From: Neocallimastix sp. 'constans'
Lineage: Eukaryota
Assembly (NCBI GenBank): GCA_050613775.1
Contig: JBODTK010000001.1
Coordinates: 1,860,001-1,924,000, forward strand
Length of the DNA: 64,000 nucleotides
Direction: 5' to 3'
The notes below the pieces were generated by a model. The model ran no database searches and was not told the DNA's origin. It saw only the letters and a list, made by a program, of their open reading frames with translations. Shown here piece after piece: positions 14,941 to 30,762 of this stretch. The first letter of the stretch is position 1, and each line of letters opens with the position of its first letter. The translations under genes and the position numbers were made by a program.

Positions 14941-16331
14941 TTTTCCATTTTATTCAACAAAATAAATATTAAAATAATAAAATAAAAAAAATTAAAAATA
15001 ATTAAAAGGTATTTTTCTTATTATTCATTGAAACTTTTTCCTTTATAAATTTAATATATTAATACGTTAAGTAATTAATATATAGATATATTAAGAATTA
15101 TTAATAATATATATTATTCCATATAGGTTTATATTAAAAATTAATAAAGTAATTTCAATTCTGTATTTAATATATCATTAAAAAAATATATTACAATTAA
15201 TATCATAATTAATAATTAATTGTTTTTTTTTTGTTGTTGTACTATTTATTATATTATTTTAATTAAAAAGTATTTAATTTCGTTTTACTCAGATAATATA
15301 ATATTTAATGTTTTGTATATTTTTTTTTCAATAGAGAATTTAATATTATTAAATAAAACATAAATTCATTTTATAAAAATACCTTTTATAGAAATTTTAT
15401 GATTTAAATTCTTTATTTGGTTTAATGAAATTATAATAAAAAAAAAAAAAGTATATAAAAATTTTTTTAGTTTTTTTAATTTTCTTAAATAAAAATTAGT
15501 AGGTTAGAAAATATAATTCAACAAAGAGTAATATATATTTTATTGTATTATATTTATATTATTATAAATTAATAAATTAATTATATTGGTAATCATAAAT
15601 CTATAAATATTTAAATTATTTTTAACTAATTTTTTTTTTTTTTTTACAACAAAAGCCTAAATTTGAAAGAAGATAAATATATTATTTATCTTTTATTATT
15701 ACTGTTATTATTACTTATTATCTATTATTAATGTTTATTAATATTATTATTAAACTACATTACAAATACAATTCTTTTTATTTTTTTTTTTTAAATTTGA
15801 TTCAAAATATTATATTTTAAATAATAAATATATCTAGAAATTTAATAATATTTCAATTAATTTCATTTTAATATTGAAGTGAAATAATAATTATTTATTA
15901 AAAATATATTATATATATCCAAATGGATATATTTTTTTTAATTCTTTATCTCTTTAAAATAATCAAATCTTTTAAATTAATATATATGAAATATATGAAA
16001 TATAAAAAAATTATAGTATTCAAAATATATTACAAAAAAAATAATAAATCAGTAATTTAAAAAATTTAATGTTTTAATATTTTTAAAGACATAAAAAAAA
16101 TATAATTTATTGAAATAAATAATAAAATATTTAATATAAGAAATTAAAATATACTTTGAAGTAATAATATATTAAAATATACATAATAATCAAAGAATAT
16201 ATATAAAAAATAAACTTATAAATAACATATAAATAACATATAATTATATAAAAAACAATTTGTCTTTCTAATAAGCCACATTACTGTTAGACCTATTCAT
16301 TATCAATTAAGAAGATAACGGCATCCTTTGG

Positions 16332-16377
<46 letters not shown>

Positions 16378-17564
16378 ATTATTTATGATATTACTATAAT
16401 ATTTGGAAAGAAAAAAATTTTTTTTATAATTATTTTGTATTATTTTTTTTTATCTTAATAATTGTTTATATTAATTTTATTTTAATATTAAAATAAAATT
16501 AATATAATGAGGATTATCTAAGTAATAATAAAATTTATATTTTTTTTTAAAAAAAATATTTTAACAATTTTCTTATGATTTTTAAATTTAATATCATAAA
16601 TTTTAATTTAGAATATTAATATATAAAAATAACACAAATTAAAAAATGAAATATATAAAATGGTTAATATAATTTAAATATTAAAACTACTTTTAATTTT
16701 GAAATAAAATAAAAAAAAAAAGGAAAAAATAATTATTTTTTTAAAAAAATAAATACTCCATAATTTATAAAACTATTCATTTATATAATTTATTAAATGG
16801 TTAATAAATTATATAAATAGCCGTTTTATTATTTTAGTATTAATAGAAAAATGAAAAAAAAAAAAAAATAAGTAATTTCAGAATCATTCGACATAAATTA
16901 AGAAAAAAGAAAATAAATAGATTAAACTTTCTTTTTATTTTATTTATTTCTTATTTTTTTTTTATTTTATTCATTTATGTTTTTTTAATGTATCAAAATA
17001 AGAAAACAGAAAAAAAAATAATATACTTTTTTATCATATATTAAAAGTATTAAATATATTGTATAGTGCATATTATGTAAAATATTTCAATATAATTATA
17101 ATCATATTAATATAATTCATATATTATTCATATTATTCATAAAATTTAAAAAAAAAAAGTTTAATTACTAATAAAAAATGAAAAAATCAAAATAATATTA
17201 TAGATTTAAATTAATATTGTCAAATTTTTTACTAAAAAATTAAGTGTTATATTCTTTATTATAGAAAAAAAATTTTTTTTTCTTATCGAAAGCATTAATC
17301 ATAATGAATAATATTGATTATTATAAAAAATATCACCCTTCTTAAAGGCTTACAATAAATGTGAATGAGAATTATACTTTCAATATACATTTTTATTAAT
17401 ACTGTAATGGTATAAACTAAATAAATAAATAAGAAAATAAAAATTTAAAAAAAAAATTAAAAAAAAAAAAAAAAAGATCAAAATCAAAAGAAAAAACTTT
17501 ATTTATTATTTTTAATAAATGTCAACTTTTTTTTTTTTTTTTTTTTAAATAATAAATTAATAAG

Positions 17565-17596
<32 letters not shown>

Positions 17597-20201
17597 TACT
17601 CTAAGAATAAAAATTTTATTTTAAGTGTCAATCCTACTTGGATTATTAATTAATTGTCGTTATTTTCACTAAATTTTATATATTGTGGCGTATTATATAA
17701 AATTGTATAAAAATATAGATAATAAATTAAAAATCTTTTATTTTTTATGGCGCATTATTTAAAAATTTATTAACCATAAATAAAAAATAAAAAAAGTTAA
17801 AATAAATATTAATTTTAATCTAACCTTTATTATATAATCTAATCATTATAATTTAATTTTATTATTCAATTTTTATTTTAATAGTTAAATTAACAAAAAT
17901 ATAATTAAAGTAACGAATTATCATTCAAAACAAGAAAATAAATTGTTAAAAATTAAAAAAAAAAAATAAAATAAAACAAAAAAAAATATAGTATATCATC
18001 AATTTTAAATATTTTAAACCTTATATATTACATTCTTATAAGAAAAAGTATAACATAAAAAAGAAATAAAATAATAGTATTATAATATTAAATATTAAAA
18101 AAGGATAATTATATAAATATAACTATTCATTATAATTTTTAAATTATAATTAAAATGTTTACTATAAATTTAATAAAAAAATATATAAAATATATAAAAT
18201 ATATAGTATGAAATAATTGGAAAGTCAATTTTGATAAAATTATAAATTAAATAATAAAGATCGTTGGCTTCTTTTGACATTTAATTTTTATATAAGTATT
18301 CTTTAATTTTTTTATTTTTATTTTTATTTATATATGATTAAAGTGTCTATATAATATTAAATAGTACTAATTAAAAAAAATTTATATATATTTATATCTT
18401 ATCTATCTTAACTATTATATATTTAAAAAAAAAAAAAAGATACAGTTTAATTAAAAATTTGTTGTAACTTAATTTAAATTATTAATTTTATTCTCTAAAT
18501 ATATTTAAATATATTATTTACTGTTTAAGACATAAATAATTTATATAATGATACCTTTTTTTTTTTTTTTTTTTTTTTTTTATGAAACAATAATGATTTT
18601 TTACTATAATATATAGTTTTTATTTTGAAAGTTTGATGAAAAATAGAGTTTTTTAGTTAATAAATGTTTTAATTAATACAGTGTAATTAATATATTTTTT
18701 GTTTTTTTTTTCTATTCAAAATTAAAATATCAATTTTTTATATTCTTTTTTAATTTATATATTAAATTAAATTTTATTTATTATTACATCTATTAAATAA
18801 GAATTTTTAATATATACTATTTTATAAAAAAAAAAAAAATTTTTTTTTATAAATACTTTTAAAATATAAAAAATGTATTATTCAATTTTTTTTTTTTTTA
18901 ATTTAAACAAATTCTGTGTTAATATATTAATATATTAATTTTTAATATTAATACTAGATACTAAATAAAAAAATATATAAATGAAATAGAAAAATAAATA
19001 ATCATTATATTATTATATTAAGATGTATATGATTATTTTAATTTAATAAATACAAAATTAATATATAATATTATGCGCTTAATAAGCAAATGGAATCAAA
19101 CCTTAAAATAAAAATTTGAAAAAAAAATTTATTTTTTGAAACATGACTTTTTTTTTTAATTTTTTCTTCTAAATGGAATTAAATAAGATTAAAAGAATTA
19201 TAATAGAGAGATATATTTTCTGATATGAGTTCCTAATTCATATTAGGTGATGAAATTTTTAATAATAAAGGTCTTTTGAATATTGATTCAATTTCTTCTA
19301 TTTTGAGGGGTAATTCCATTTTTTTTAGCTATTGTTTTAACTTTTTTTTTTTTTTTTTTAAATGTTTATATAACAGTATATTAGAATATACATAAGTGAT
19401 CAATAAGGGTACACTTTTATATAAGGGTAACTTTTTAACACCCTCGGAAAATATTTAGAATATAATTAAATTAAATAAAGCTTTTTTTTTAATAATTTTT
19501 TGTCATAGTTTTTATTAATATATATTTTCATTTATTTAAATTATATTATAAATATATTTAAAAATATTAAATTATATTAATAATAATTAAAAATTGAAAT
19601 TAATATGATTTTTTTTTTATTTTACTTTGGCAAATAATATATTATTAAATTATTTTTGTTATATTAGAATTGTTTTTATTTTGTCTCATGTTCTAGAAAT
19701 AGAAAATAAAAGTATGATAAAAAAAAAGCAAAGAAATAATTATACATTATTGTATTAATCATTTCTTTGCTTTTTTTTTTTTTTTTTTTTTTTTCTATTT
19801 ATTAATAGAAAATGGAAAATAAAGAATAAGTAATAATATTAAAACATTTATTTTTTATTTTTTTTTTCTAAATTTGTTTATAATTTTAACAATAGTAAAA
19901 AAAAAAAAAAAAACTTTTTTAGTAAAAAAAAAATTTTATATAATATCTAGATAATTGTTTAAATAAATCATTTTAAATTATATAACTATTTTTTTTTAAA
20001 ATCTATTTATGTATATTATGTAAATAAAAATTAATAGATTAAATAGTATATAAAATTATATATTACAATTAATTATTAATTTTATATGTATAAAATAATT
20101 TTTTATATGATTAATAATATGAATTTTAATATTATCAATATAAAATTCATATATAAGTATTTATTATTATTATTATTAATTGTTATTAAAAGTATTTGAA
20201 G

Positions 20202-20435
20202 TATTGATTGATTTTGTTTTAATTTTTTTTTTTTTTTTTTTTTTTTTTTCAATTCCTCTATTATTCGTTATTATATAAAACAAACAATAATGTAAATTTA
20301 TTGATGTTTCTCACCTTTATATATTATATAAAATAAAATTAAATAAAAAGAAAATAATTATTAAATTGTTTTCTTTATATAATAACGAATAATAGAAGAA
20401 TTGAAAAAAAAAAATTAAAATAAAATCAATCAATA
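20202..20435. repeat. Long imperfect inverted repeat (foldback)
   Basis: tattgattgattttgttttaa(T)ncaattcctctattattcgttattatataaa pairs with tttatataataacgaataatagaagaattg(A)nttaaaataaaatcaatcaata. Confidence 0.85.
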
Positions 20436-20879
20436 TTTATTAAATAAAATATATCTATTTTAAATATCAGACTTTATTAAATATTTTTTTATGGTACTAA
20501 TCTTTAAAGGTTTATTAGTAAACCGATTACTATAATTTTAATAAATCATATAAAATTTATATTCCTAATTTTATAGGCCAAATAGTAATCTATAATTATT
20601 ATAATTATAATCTAATTATTATGAAAAAATACTAACATTTTTCAAAAGAACCTTTTTATATTTTCATTCATACTAAGAAATTTTAAATATGCTTTCTTAT
20701 TTTAACTTTTAGTTAGTATGATTTTATATTATTTAGCTATTTAATAATTTTATACTTTTTTAATCTATGTTAACTTTAATATACTTCTTAATTTATTACT
20801 ATTTAAAGTTTCATTCAATATATATTATTTATTAATTATCTAGTTTGAATGATTATAATATAATTTTTTTAAAATAGTT

Positions 20880-21102
20880 TCAAAAATATATGAATTTATT
20901 AATAATGTTGAATATTCAAAAAATATATGAATTTATTAATAATGTTGAATATTCAAAAAATATATGAATTTATTAATAATGTTGAATATTCAAAAAATAT
21001 ATGAATTTATTAATAATGTTGAATATTCAAAAAATATATGAATTTATTAATAATGTTGAATATTCAAAAAATATATGAATTTATTAATAATGTTGAATAT
21101 TC
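20880..21102. repeat. 37-bp minisatellite, 6 copies
   Basis: Unit tcaaaaaatatatgaatttattaataatgttgaatat; the gttg anchor recurs at 20907, 20944, 20981, 21018, 21055 and 21092. Confidence 0.92.
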
Positions 21103-21460
21103 TAAAGTACAAATTTGTTATATTAATACTATTAATAATTAATAAGAATTTCTAATAAATATATATTTAATATATAAATATTTAATGAATATTTAATGGA
21201 TGAATATGTTGATAAATGAGTGAAATAACTGAATAAATATTAAAGATATAAAAATAAATAAAAAATATATATAATATATTAATAAAAATTATTATATGTG
21301 CAATAATTAAAAATAAGATTTTGTTTATCTAATGATAAGAAAAGTCAACCTAAAAGATTAAATTAAAAAAAAAAAAATAAAAGAAAAGAAAAAAAATTTA
21401 ATATGTTTTATATTAAAATATAAAAAATATAAATCAAAAAATACATTTTTTTTTAATATT

Positions 21461-21497
<37 letters not shown>

Positions 21498-22700
21498 AAA
21501 AGTAGAAAAAGTCGAATTAATTTTTATTATATTTTAAGCATAAAAATTAATAATTAAAGATAATTAAATATTTTATTCTTTCAATGATAATATAGAATAA
21601 ATATAGTAAATTATTAATAAGTATATATATATACTTTTACTTTACTTTATAATTTTATAATATCTATATGATAATATTCATATTTTTATTTTTATATATA
21701 AAAAATATAGATATATTTCTGTATTAATGATTTTAAATTTTCTGTATATATAGTTTTTTAAAAAGATGCAAAATATTTTCAAAATATTACTTTTAAAAAA
21801 AAAAATCAAATAGAATAACCATAAAAATTAATAGTGAAGTATTTAATATATTCTAGAATAATTTTCTCTTTGTATATAAAGTACAATATTAACCATAATA
21901 ATAAATAATAATAAATAATAATAATAATAAATAATAATAATAAATAAATAAATAATAATAATAATAAATAAAATAATAATAATTATATGTTAATGCAATA
22001 ACCACTATCTTTAATAATAATAATAGTTAGATATTTAAATAATATTTAATAAATTTTAAACTTTTAGTAACAATACAATATATATATATGATATGATTCA
22101 AACTGTTGTACAAAATTTATTCATTTTTCTATGAATCTTTTTTTTATTAATTTATCAATATTAAATTAATTATTAAAAAAAACAATAATAATGAATAATT
22201 TACTAAAAAAAGTATTTATGTTTTTTTATAAAATTTTTTATTTTACGGAAAATATTTGTATATTTATGAAGTTTTATAAATGAAATCATTTTATTTAATA
22301 AAAGTTTTTAATTTGAATTCTGTAAAAAAAAAAAAAAAAAAGAAATAAAAATAAAAAAATTCATAGAAATATTATTAATCATTAATAAAAATTAAAAACA
22401 TAAAATATAATAATAATGTTATAACTACCAATATTATTAATTCTTCAATTATTATTAATAATAATAACCATAAAAAAAAAAGAATATAATTATATATATA
22501 TGAAGTTGAATATTTTTTTTTTATATTTGTTTTTAATTAAAAGAAATTTAATAAATAAAAGGTTTAAAGTTTAAAAAAAAAAGTTTAAAAGTTGAAACAT
22601 ATTTATGTCGTATTTGGAATATCATTTTTTTTTTAAGCTTCTAACTGTAACTTTTCATTTTTTTTTAAGGGACAAAGATATATTTTTATTTCTATTCATT

Positions 22701-22748
<48 letters not shown>

Positions 22749-23390
22749 TAAAATGATGTTCAGAAATAATTATTTGGGAAACAGTTTTTTTTTTTTTTTT
22801 TTTTTTTGTAGATCATTAAAATCAATAGAATTAATAATAGAATTTAAACTTTTTTTTTTTTTTTTTTTAATTTTATTAATTTTATAGAGAAAACTAAAAA
22901 TTATCTATATATCCCTTTTTATTTTCATTTTTATTTTTTATATTTTTAATATATTATTTTAATTACTTTATTAAAATAATATATATTTAAAATAATTATT
23001 ATATATGATAATAGAAATATCATTTTTTTTTGTTGCATGAAAGAAATTTTTGTATTAATAATTTATTTATTATTTATATTAATAGAAATATATATTATAA
23101 TTTACAAAAAGTATATTGGCTTAGTATTAATATAATTAATAATACTTTTTATTTTTTATTTTTATTTTTATTTTTTATCCTTTTTAAAATATGTTTATTA
23201 TTTGATTTAGTAATTATTAATAAAAAAAATAGATAATTTTATGGTCCATCACATAAATAATAAGAAAATTTTATAAATTTTTATGAGGACAATTTTTTTG
23301 ACAATTTTTTTTTTTAAAAAAAAATAAAATTTTTAATATATAATTTTTTAAAAAATATTATATATTAATATAATTAATAATTTCACTTAA

Positions 23391-23497
23391 TAATTTTCAA
23401 GTTTATATAAACATAATTATCATATAATTTTCAAGTTTATATTAAAACATAATTATCATATAATTTTCAAGTTTATATTAAAACATAATTATCATAT
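23391..23497. repeat. ~35-bp tandem repeat, 3 copies
   Basis: taattttcaagtttatattaaaacataattatcata repeated three times. Confidence 0.85.
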
Positions 23498-25854
23498 TAT
23501 TTATTATTTATAAGTATTTTTTTTAAAGATGAATGAATAATTAATCATTAGTTATTCTTTTTATATATATACATATATATATAAAGTTATATAATAGTTT
23601 AGTTTTTCCTTTCTTTTTTTTTTTTATTTAAAATAAGAAAATATTTTAGATCTTACCGTTTACCCTTTTAATTTGAATAATCAAACATATTATTTAAATG
23701 AAGATAAGATTTTTTTTAAATTTTTTTAAAAATGGCTTCTTAGTGAATATTACAATTTATAATACAATAGTTCACATTTAATTTCTTCTTTTATTAGGAA
23801 TAAAAATAATTAATAAAAAATTTATTATAAAAATTTTTTATTCCTAATTTTTTTTTTTTTTTTTTTTAATATAGAATTTTTTATTAATATTTTCTATAAA
23901 ATTTTATAATTTAAATTGAAATATCTACTATTAAAATTCTATATTATTATTATTATTATTATTTTTTTTTTTTTTAAAAATTATAGAATATAAAATGTTT
24001 TTTTTTTTTTTGAAAGTAATAATTAATTATTTTCTATTGATAAAATTTAATTATTTTAATTAATGAAATAAATAAAATATACCGCAAAATATATATATTT
24101 TTTTTAAAAAAAATAATATCATTAATCAATAAATTTTTTAGGTTAATAAATATTTATTTGTATTGTTTTGTACAACCTTATTCTATTTAATATATCAAGT
24201 TATTTATTTATTTATTTTATAGTAATAGATTTAAAAATTACTTTAAAAAGTAAAAAAAAAGGTAATTTACGGTCATTTAATATTTAATATAATGTATAAT
24301 TTTATTATTTAAAAATAAGACTAACAATTAAAATTTCAATATATTTTAATTAATAATTATATTATTAATATATTATTGTCAAAAAGAAACAATAAAGTTT
24401 TATAATATTTTATAATTATTATATATAATTGTATGTAGAAAATATTTTCATTTTTATTTAATTATTTTATTTATTTTAAATAACTAAAAAATTTTAATAA
24501 TAAAAATACAAAGTATATAAATATTGAATTATTTAAATTGTATTTTATTAAAATTTTGAAATTCTATATTTTTAATTATTCATAAGGTAACCATAATAAT
24601 TAATTTAGTAACCATAAAAATAATTTAGAAAATATTATTAGTTATCTTCAATTAATTTATATTATTGCTAATTAATTATTTAAATGTTCTATCATCTTTT
24701 TATTAAATTTATTATACATAATATATTTTCTAAAATTGGTAATATGAAAATGAAAATTTCGGATAATTATAATTTATTTTTATTTTTTTTTTATTTTTTA
24801 TTTATTTATTTTTTTTTTTTTTAAAAAAAGGAAAAAATTACCCCATTATTTTTTATAGATTTATTTTATTGAAGCCATAAAAAATAAAGAGATTTATTCA
24901 ATTTTTTTTTTTTTTGATTTTATATGATTTATACATAATAAATTTAAAGATTAGGCAGTGATAAAGATCTATATTTTTTATTGATATATATTATCGATGG
25001 ATGGCTATATTAAAATTATAACAAAGTTAGAAGATGAATAATAATTATAATTATATAAAATACTTTACGATGCTGACAATTAAAAAAATTATAGAATAAA
25101 TTTTTAATAATAAAAAAGATAAAAGAAAATAGTTATTAAATATAAAATAAATTAAATATAATAATAAAAAAAGAGATATAACAAATAGTAATTAGTAATT
25201 ATTAATATATAATAAATTATATATAATTAAAAAAAAAAATTAAATATAATAATAATAAAAAATAAATAGTAATTAGTGGTTATTAATATAAAATAAATTA
25301 TGGATAATAAAAAAAGATAGAGATTAAAGTATAATATATTTATAAATAATTATAATTTATTATTATTATATTATAGTAAGTATTAAATAGCAATAGCGAT
25401 TATCAAACATTAATATAATGATATGATAATACTAAAATTAATTTTCTAATTTAGTTAAAAACTTAATAAAAAAAAAAAAAAGATAATAATAAGAATAAGA
25501 TTGAAACTTAATTAGGTTTTTGTTTAATTGAAGAATTATGTGTCCTTTAGTTTTGACCACAAATATATTAATATTATAATTAAAATTTATGGTTAATTTG
25601 ATCATTTCAAATAGCTATAATCATTTTAATATTATTAATAGTTTAACTAATTCGATTTTTAAAGCTATGCAAATTATGAATAATATATATATATATTTTT
25701 ATTGAAAAAAAAAAAAAAAAAAGACAATCATTTCCTCCATTTTTTTTTTTTTTTTGTATTATATTTCTTTTTTAAAACAATTTAAACTGATTCTTCTAAT
25801 AATTTCATAATATAATTAATTATTAATGATAAATAATAATTATTAATGATAAAT

Positions 25855-26035
25855 AATAATAAAAAATAGATAATAATAGATAGTACAATAATAAAAACTA
25901 ATAAAAAAATAGATAATAATAGATAGTACAATAATAAAAAATAATAAAAAAATAATAAAAAAATAGATAATAATAGATAGTACAATAATAAATAATAATA
26001 AAAAAATAGATAATAATAGATAGTACAATAATAAA
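25855..26035. repeat. Imperfect tandem repeat, 4 copies of aaaaaatagataataatagatagtacaataataaa
   Basis: The core gataataatagatagtacaataataaa recurs four times with variable A-rich spacers; this explains the spurious ORFs 25782-26063 and 25843-26028. Confidence 0.8.
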
Positions 26036-27736
26036 TAATAAAAAATAATAAGTAATAATACAAAAAATATTTAATAAATTGTATTAATGATTATGACATT
26101 ATTCTGTTTTATAAAAATAAATACTATATATTGTAAATTTTTATTAATAATTGCCAAAGTCTAAAAATTAAAATAATTTTTTATATATTAAAATAAATAT
26201 ATATACATATATATAAATAATTATTAATTTTAAAATCTTATTAATATATAACATTATTTATTTTATATTTTTTATTAGAATTATTAAGAAGATGATTTTT
26301 TCAATTAATATATAAATTTTTAATTAATTTCATTGAGATTTATAACTAATATATTTAAAAATTAACATAATGAAATTCTTTCATTAATTTAAGCAATAAA
26401 CTGTCTGTTTTTTTTTTTTTTATTTATTTTTTTTATATTTTTTATTAATTAAATTTAATTAAAGAATTATATATTAATTATATTAACTAAAATGAAAAGT
26501 ATTAAAAATTAACATATTATTATTTATTTATTTTTTTTTAAATATTAAATTATAAACTATCTTTTAATTAATATTACAAATTATTTCTATAATATTTTAT
26601 TTAATATATAACTGAAATTAATATATTTTAAAATAAAAGGTAATTTCTTTTTCTTTTTTAAAAAAAGTTTAATATAGCTTTAATATAAGATTATTATTTT
26701 ATTTAATCCTTTTATCTTTCTTTTTTTATTTTTTTTATTATTTTATATTAATTTAAGGGTCTATAGTAATATTTATTCAATTTATAAATGATATTAATTA
26801 TTTTAATATCTATCATATTATTAAAAATATTATAATATTATAAATTAAATTTTACCTAGATAAAAAAAATTTTTATTAGTTTTTATTTAAAAATTTAAGT
26901 ATTTTTAAAAGTAAACATATATATTAATTGTTAATTAATTAATTATTATTATTTTTAAAAGTATTAAAAAGAAAAAAAGTAATAAATTTAATATTAACTA
27001 ATTAAATACAAAACAAAAAATACAAAACAAAAAAAAAAAAAACATTAAACAAAAAAATTACAGTATCATAATAATTATTTATTATGGCGTGATATACAAT
27101 ATAAATAATTTTTAATAATCTTAAATATCTCTTAGTGATGATGATAATATTTTATCAGACCAGATTATCATTATAAAAAAAATATATATATATATATATG
27201 TATTTTTTTTTTTTTTTTTAATAAATATTTATTAAGTCATTAATGTGATTTATGCATTATTTTTATTCCATATTATGTATTAATATCACATGCTTTTTTT
27301 TTTTTTTTTTATTTTTTTATATTTTTTTATTTTTTTAATATCATTCAATTAATCATATGAATGTTTTATATTTAATATTTTTTATTTTAAAAGAATGTAT
27401 AAGTTTAATAAAATGATAATAAAAAAAAAAAAAAAAAAAATAAAAATTGCATATATAATATTATAGAATGATAATTTTGTCAATAATTTTAATTTGTTTT
27501 GAGTTTATTTGACTAAAATATTGAAAATTTATGATACCATTAAATAAGAAATTCTAGTTTTTTCTAAGCTTTACAAAAGTATTATCTTTGGTGGAAGAGT
27601 AAAACAATCAAGGGATGAAAAAGTTATTATTATAATAAATAAGGTCCAAAGGTGAAACCCTTGTTGAAATATGTGATACTGTTTCAGGGTATGGAATTTT
27701 CAATTTTTATATTAATATATATTAAATTTTAGAATT

Positions 27737-27767
<31 letters not shown>

Positions 27768-29811
27768 TATATTTTTTTATTGCTTTGTTATTATATTATT
27801 TTATTGTAAAGATAATAATTAAACTTTTTTTTTTTTTTCTATTAATATTATAAATAAAATTAAAATTTTTTAACATTAAGAATTATTTATTAATTAGTAA
27901 TTATTAATATATATATATGTCAATAAATGAGTACAATAAAAAATAAAACAAAATAAAAAAAAAAAAAGTTAAATAATATTTAAATTATTTTAATTGTATA
28001 TTTTTAAACTATTAATACTATTACTATTTTAATATTTTTTTTCCTTTGTGTATTGTAAATCATTTATACATCATTACATCAAAGTATTATATTTTATATA
28101 TTGATGTTGTAATGTTGTGAATATAAAATTAATAAAATATTTAAATAAAATAAAAAAAAAAAAAAAAATACATTTAAATGATTTACGGAGTACACAAAAT
28201 TTTATTTTATATAAATTGGTATTCTTTTTTTTTTTTTTTTTATTTTAATTTTATTATATATAAAATTAAAGTTAACTGATTTGCAAAATCATAATATATA
28301 TACTCTTAATAAAGCCACTGTGTTAAATATATAAAAAGCATCTTTTAATATTATCACTATAACTTTATTTTTTTATTTTAATTTTTTTTTATTATTATTA
28401 TTTTTATTTTATTCTTTTTAGATAAATTATTATTAAGATTGCATAATCTTATTTTATATATTCTTAAATAGTCACAATATTTAATATATATATATAATGT
28501 ATCTTTAAATATTATCCTTATTTGCTTTTTTATTCAGATTAATATAAAGATCAATTAATACAAAATCAATTCAATATGAGGATTAATATTAAAAGTAGCA
28601 TTATAGAAGTATTTAAAAACTATATATTATATATATATTAAATATAAAAAAAATATTGATTTATATAAAATAATTATTACTTTTCAAAATTAAATAAATT
28701 TAATTAAATAAAATATTCTTTTAGCAGTAAGAATAAAAGTTATTATCATCAAGTAATAATAATGAAAATGTAAATATTATTCTAATTTTCACAGTCTTAT
28801 GTATTGTTTTAATTTTTTTTTTTTAAAACTTTATATTTAAATACATCTTTTTTTTTTTTTTTATTTTTTTTTAATTATTATTTTAATTATTATTTTAATT
28901 TTTATTTTAATTTTTATTTTAATTATTTTAATTATTATTTTGATTTTTATTTTAATTATTATTTTGATTTTTATTTTAATTTCTATTTTAATTTTTATTT
29001 TAATTATTATTTTAATTATTATTTTAATTTTTATTTTAATTTTTATTTTAATTTTTATTTTAATTTCTATTTTAATTTCTATTTTTAATTTTTATTTTAA
29101 TTTCTATTTTAATTTCTATTTTAATTAATTTTTAATTTTTATTAAAATAAATATATATATATTTTAAATAAAGAAGATTCTCTTTTTATATTAATTTTTT
29201 TTATGATAATATTAAAAAAAAAAAAAAATGAATATTTAATATTTAATTATTTATTTAAATTAATATAAATCATAAAATTATATTGAATTATTTATTAAAA
29301 AAAAAAAAAAACACAATATTTTATTAAAAATAAAAAATTTTAACCAAAGTTAATTTAAAATAAGCTTAATGAATTACTTTAAATGTACTTTATTTATTAC
29401 TAGTGACATGAAAAACCAAAAATGCATAAAACCAACAATGAATAATAACTAACTAGCAATTGAATAGCTAAATAATTATATAAATAATTAAATAACCGAA
29501 TAAACAGATAAACAAACAAACAAACAAACAAATAAATAATTATTTAAGAAAATCTTTTTTTTTTTTTTTTTTTTATTTTTAAATATTAATAAAAGTCAAC
29601 AAATTTCATTTTATTAAAGTATATACAAAGATGAGTATGTATAATAATAAAAGGATTAAATGATTATTATAATTTAATAAATTAAATAATATGTTATACA
29701 ATCAAATACCATATCTTTTTAAGATAATATTAGAAAATTGATGATGACAGAGTTATACACAATTATAAAATTTTATTAATTTTATATATTAAAACAAATA
29801 TATTAAAATTC

Positions 29812-29842
<31 letters not shown>

Positions 29843-29951
29843 GGATTATTTAATTTTATATATAGTGTAATTTTTCTCCATATATGTTTTTCTCCATATA
29901 TATATTTGTTATTTGTTATTTGTTATTTTTTTAATTGAATTAATATCGAAA

Positions 29952-29990
<39 letters not shown>

Positions 29991-30762
29991 TATAATAATA
30001 ATAATTATAATAATAATAATAAATATTAAAATTAAATTACTTTATTCAAATTAAAGCTACAACATTTTTATTTATTTATTGTTATTTTTTTTTTTCTAAT
30101 GAATTAATTTAATAAAAGGTGTAATAATAAAATTAGTTTAGTTTTTAATAAAAAACACATACATTAATATATATTATTATTAATTTAATTTAATTTAAAA
30201 TAATTAAAAAATAAATAAATACTCTGATTGTCTCTGATTGACAAGAATTAATAATGAATAAATCCAACAATTCCAACTTACGGATTAATATGTATTTAAT
30301 TTAATAATACTATGATTAATAAATATTATCAATACTATAATATCTTCAATTACTAGTAAGATAAGATTCATGATAATTCATCTTTAGTCTAACTTAGATT
30401 AAGGTATGATAATTTTAAATTAATATATGTTACATAAAATAATATATACATAATAAATTTTATAATAATAATAGTAATAATAATTATTATTTTTATATTA
30501 TACAAATAATAGTAATTATAATAATAAAAATAATCAATTTACATTCATTATTTATTGAACTACATTATCGTATTAACTGTTATAATAATATTATTCATAA
30601 AAAAAAAAAAAAAAAATTAATAATTAATATAACAAAATTAATAATATCACGAATAATAATGATAAACAAGTCTAATCTATTCTAAATGATATTAATCAAA
30701 TTCATTCTAATAGTAATTACATTAAGTAATAAAGTTAAGCATTCCGAAAAAAAAAAAAAAAA

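Noticed and set aside
20880..21102. CRISPR-like 37-bp repeats
   Set aside because: The units are contiguous with no unique spacers, the context is eukaryotic, and there are no cas genes.
27585..27700. Small GC-richer patch (ggtccaaaggtgaaaccctt) as a TE terminal hairpin; similar patches near 16270-16335 and 19200-19450
   Set aside because: Too short and degenerate to assign without a repeat library.
6945..29128. Short hydrophobic F/I/L/Y-rich ORFs in the desert (6945, 9785, 23030, 25782, 28940)
   Set aside because: They are expected by chance in near-pure AT or repetitive DNA, with no motifs and no GC rise.
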